A program made the position numbers and the translations under genes. This document shows positions 62,635 to 64,000 of a DNA stretch of 64,000 bases, one piece after another (position 1 is the stretch's first letter; the number at the start of each line of letters is the position of its first letter). This DNA comes from Escherichia coli (GTDB lineage: Bacteria > Pseudomonadota > Gammaproteobacteria > Enterobacterales > Enterobacteriaceae): NCBI RefSeq assembly GCF_003790525.1, contig NZ_CP033635.1; one strand, written 5' to 3'. The notes beneath the pieces are model-generated. The model had not been told where the DNA came from. It saw only the letters and a list, made by a program, of their open reading frames with translations, and did not search any database.

Positions 62635-63319
62635 ACAAGTGATGCCGGTTAAGCTGGCGCAGGCGCTGGCGAATCCGTTATTTCCGGCGCTGGATAGCGC
62701 CTTACGTTCAGGCCGCCATATTGGCCTCGACGAACTGGATAATCATGCATTCCTGATGGATTTTCAGGAATATCTGGAAGAGTTTTACGCGCGTTATAAC
62801 GTTGAGCTTATTCGCGCACCGGAAGGGTTCTTCTATTTACGCCCACGTTCCACCACTCTTATCCCGCGTTCCGTCTTGTCGGAACTGGATATGATGGTCG
62901 GGAAAATCCTCTGTTATCTCTATCTCAGCCCGGAACGGCTGGCGAACGAGGGGATTTTCACCCAGCAGGAACTGTACGACGAACTGCTCACCCTGGCCGA
63001 TGAAGCGAAACTGCTGAAACTGGTGAACAACCGTTCAACCGGTTCAGACGTTGACCGCCAGAAGTTGCAGGAGAAAGTACGTTCTTCGCTCAACCGTCTG
63101 CGTCGTTTGGGTATGGTGTGGTTTATGGGCCACGACAGCAGCAAGTTCCGCATTACCGAATCGGTGTTCCGCTTCGGAGCCGATGTGCGTGCTGGCGACG
63201 ATCCCCGTGAAGCACAGCGTCGCCTGATTCGTGATGGCGAAGCAATGCCGATTGAAAATCATCTGCAACTCAACGATGAAACCGAAGAGAATCAGCCAGA
63301 TAGCGGAGAGGAAGAATAA
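62615..63319 (+). CDS. mukE: condensin subunit MukE (start ambiguous; ORF opens at 62588)
   Basis: [21 protein letters not shown] recognised as MukE N-terminus. Confidence 0.9.
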
Positions 63320-64000
63320 TGATTGAACGCGGTAAATTTCGCTCACTGACGCTGATTAACTGGAACGGCTTTTTTGCCCGAACTTTTGACCTTGACGAGC
63401 TGGTCACGACGCTTTCTGGCGGTAACGGGGCGGGTAAATCCACCACCATGGCGGCGTTCGTTACGGCGCTGATCCCCGACCTGACCCTGCTGCATTTCCG
63501 TAACACCACGGAAGCCGGGGCCACCAGCGGTTCGCGCGATAAAGGTCTGCACGGTAAGCTGAAAGCGGGTGTCTGTTATTCGATGCTCGACACCATTAAC
63601 TCGCGCCACCAGCGCGTGGTGGTCGGTGTGCGTCTGCAACAGGTTGCCGGACGCGATCGTAAAGTGGATATCAAACCGTTTGCCATTCAGGGTTTACCGA
63701 TGTCGGTGCAGCCGACACAACTGGTGACCGAAACCCTGAGCGAACGTCAGGCGCGCGTGCTGCCGCTTAACGAGCTGAAAGACAAGCTCGAGGCGATGGA
63801 AGGCGTGCAGTTTAAACAGTTCAACTCCATTACCGATTACCACTCGCTGATGTTCGATCTGGGCATCATCGCGCGTCGTCTGCGCTCAGCGTCTGACCGT
63901 AGTAAATTCTATCGTCTGATCGAAGCTTCGCTGTACGGCGGGATCTCCAGCGCCATTACGCGCTCTCTGCGCGACTACCTGTTGCCGGAAAACAGCGGCG
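63319..64000 (+). CDS. mukB: condensin SMC-like ATPase MukB, N-terminal part (3' end outside window)
   Basis: [19 protein letters not shown]; Walker [10 protein letters not shown]; runs to the window edge. Confidence 0.95.
   Translation, partial: MIERGKFRSLTLINWNGFFARTFDLDELVTTLSGGNGAGKSTTMAAFVTALIPDLTLLHFRNTTEAGATSGSRDKGLHGKLKAGVCYSMLDTINSRHQRVVVGVRLQQVAGRDRKVDIKPFAIQGLPMSVQPTQLVTETLSERQARVLPLNELKDKLEAMEGVQFKQFNSITDYHSLMFDLGIIARRLRSASDRSKFYRLIEASLYGGISSAITRSLRDYLLPENSG

Overview
The window is Escherichia coli-type chromosome. The left ~27.7 kb (1-27,700) is a P2-like (peduovirus-type) prophage; the rest is the conserved dmsABC to mukB core segment, interrupted by one complete IS4 copy. All protein calls rest on reading the supplied ORF translations and recognising families from memory; no database search was run. 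Prophage gene order, left to right: tape-measure C-terminus and gpU (+), then on the minus strand tail-fibre assembly, tail fibre, baseplate I/J/W/V, S, R, spanins, endolysin, holin, X, L, M, N, O; then P and Q (+); then a cargo gene, a five-gene small-protein operon, replication endonuclease A and about ten small early genes (minus); then C-type repressor and integrase (+) abutting the dmsA promoter. The most likely place for a previously undescribed system is the accessory cargo: (1) a lower-GC stand-alone gene of unknown function at the tin/old-equivalent position between the portal gene and the replication module (16242-16955); (2) the five-gene operon translationally coupled to gene A, including a small secreted Cys-containing peptide; (3) a 2-TM membrane protein gene encoded on the opposite strand inside the early operon (23122-23604); and (4) an AT-rich cluster of small ORFs with a 320-bp iteron-like non-coding region. 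None of these could be assigned a function from sequence alone. Other observations: the tape-measure/gpU block is convergent with the tail-fibre genes, unlike canonical P2 synteny; the tail fibre gene carries ~300-bp near-identical internal direct repeats; IS4 with a 13-bp target duplication sits in the aroA terminator; ycaN-ycaK appear absent between ycaM and pflA.
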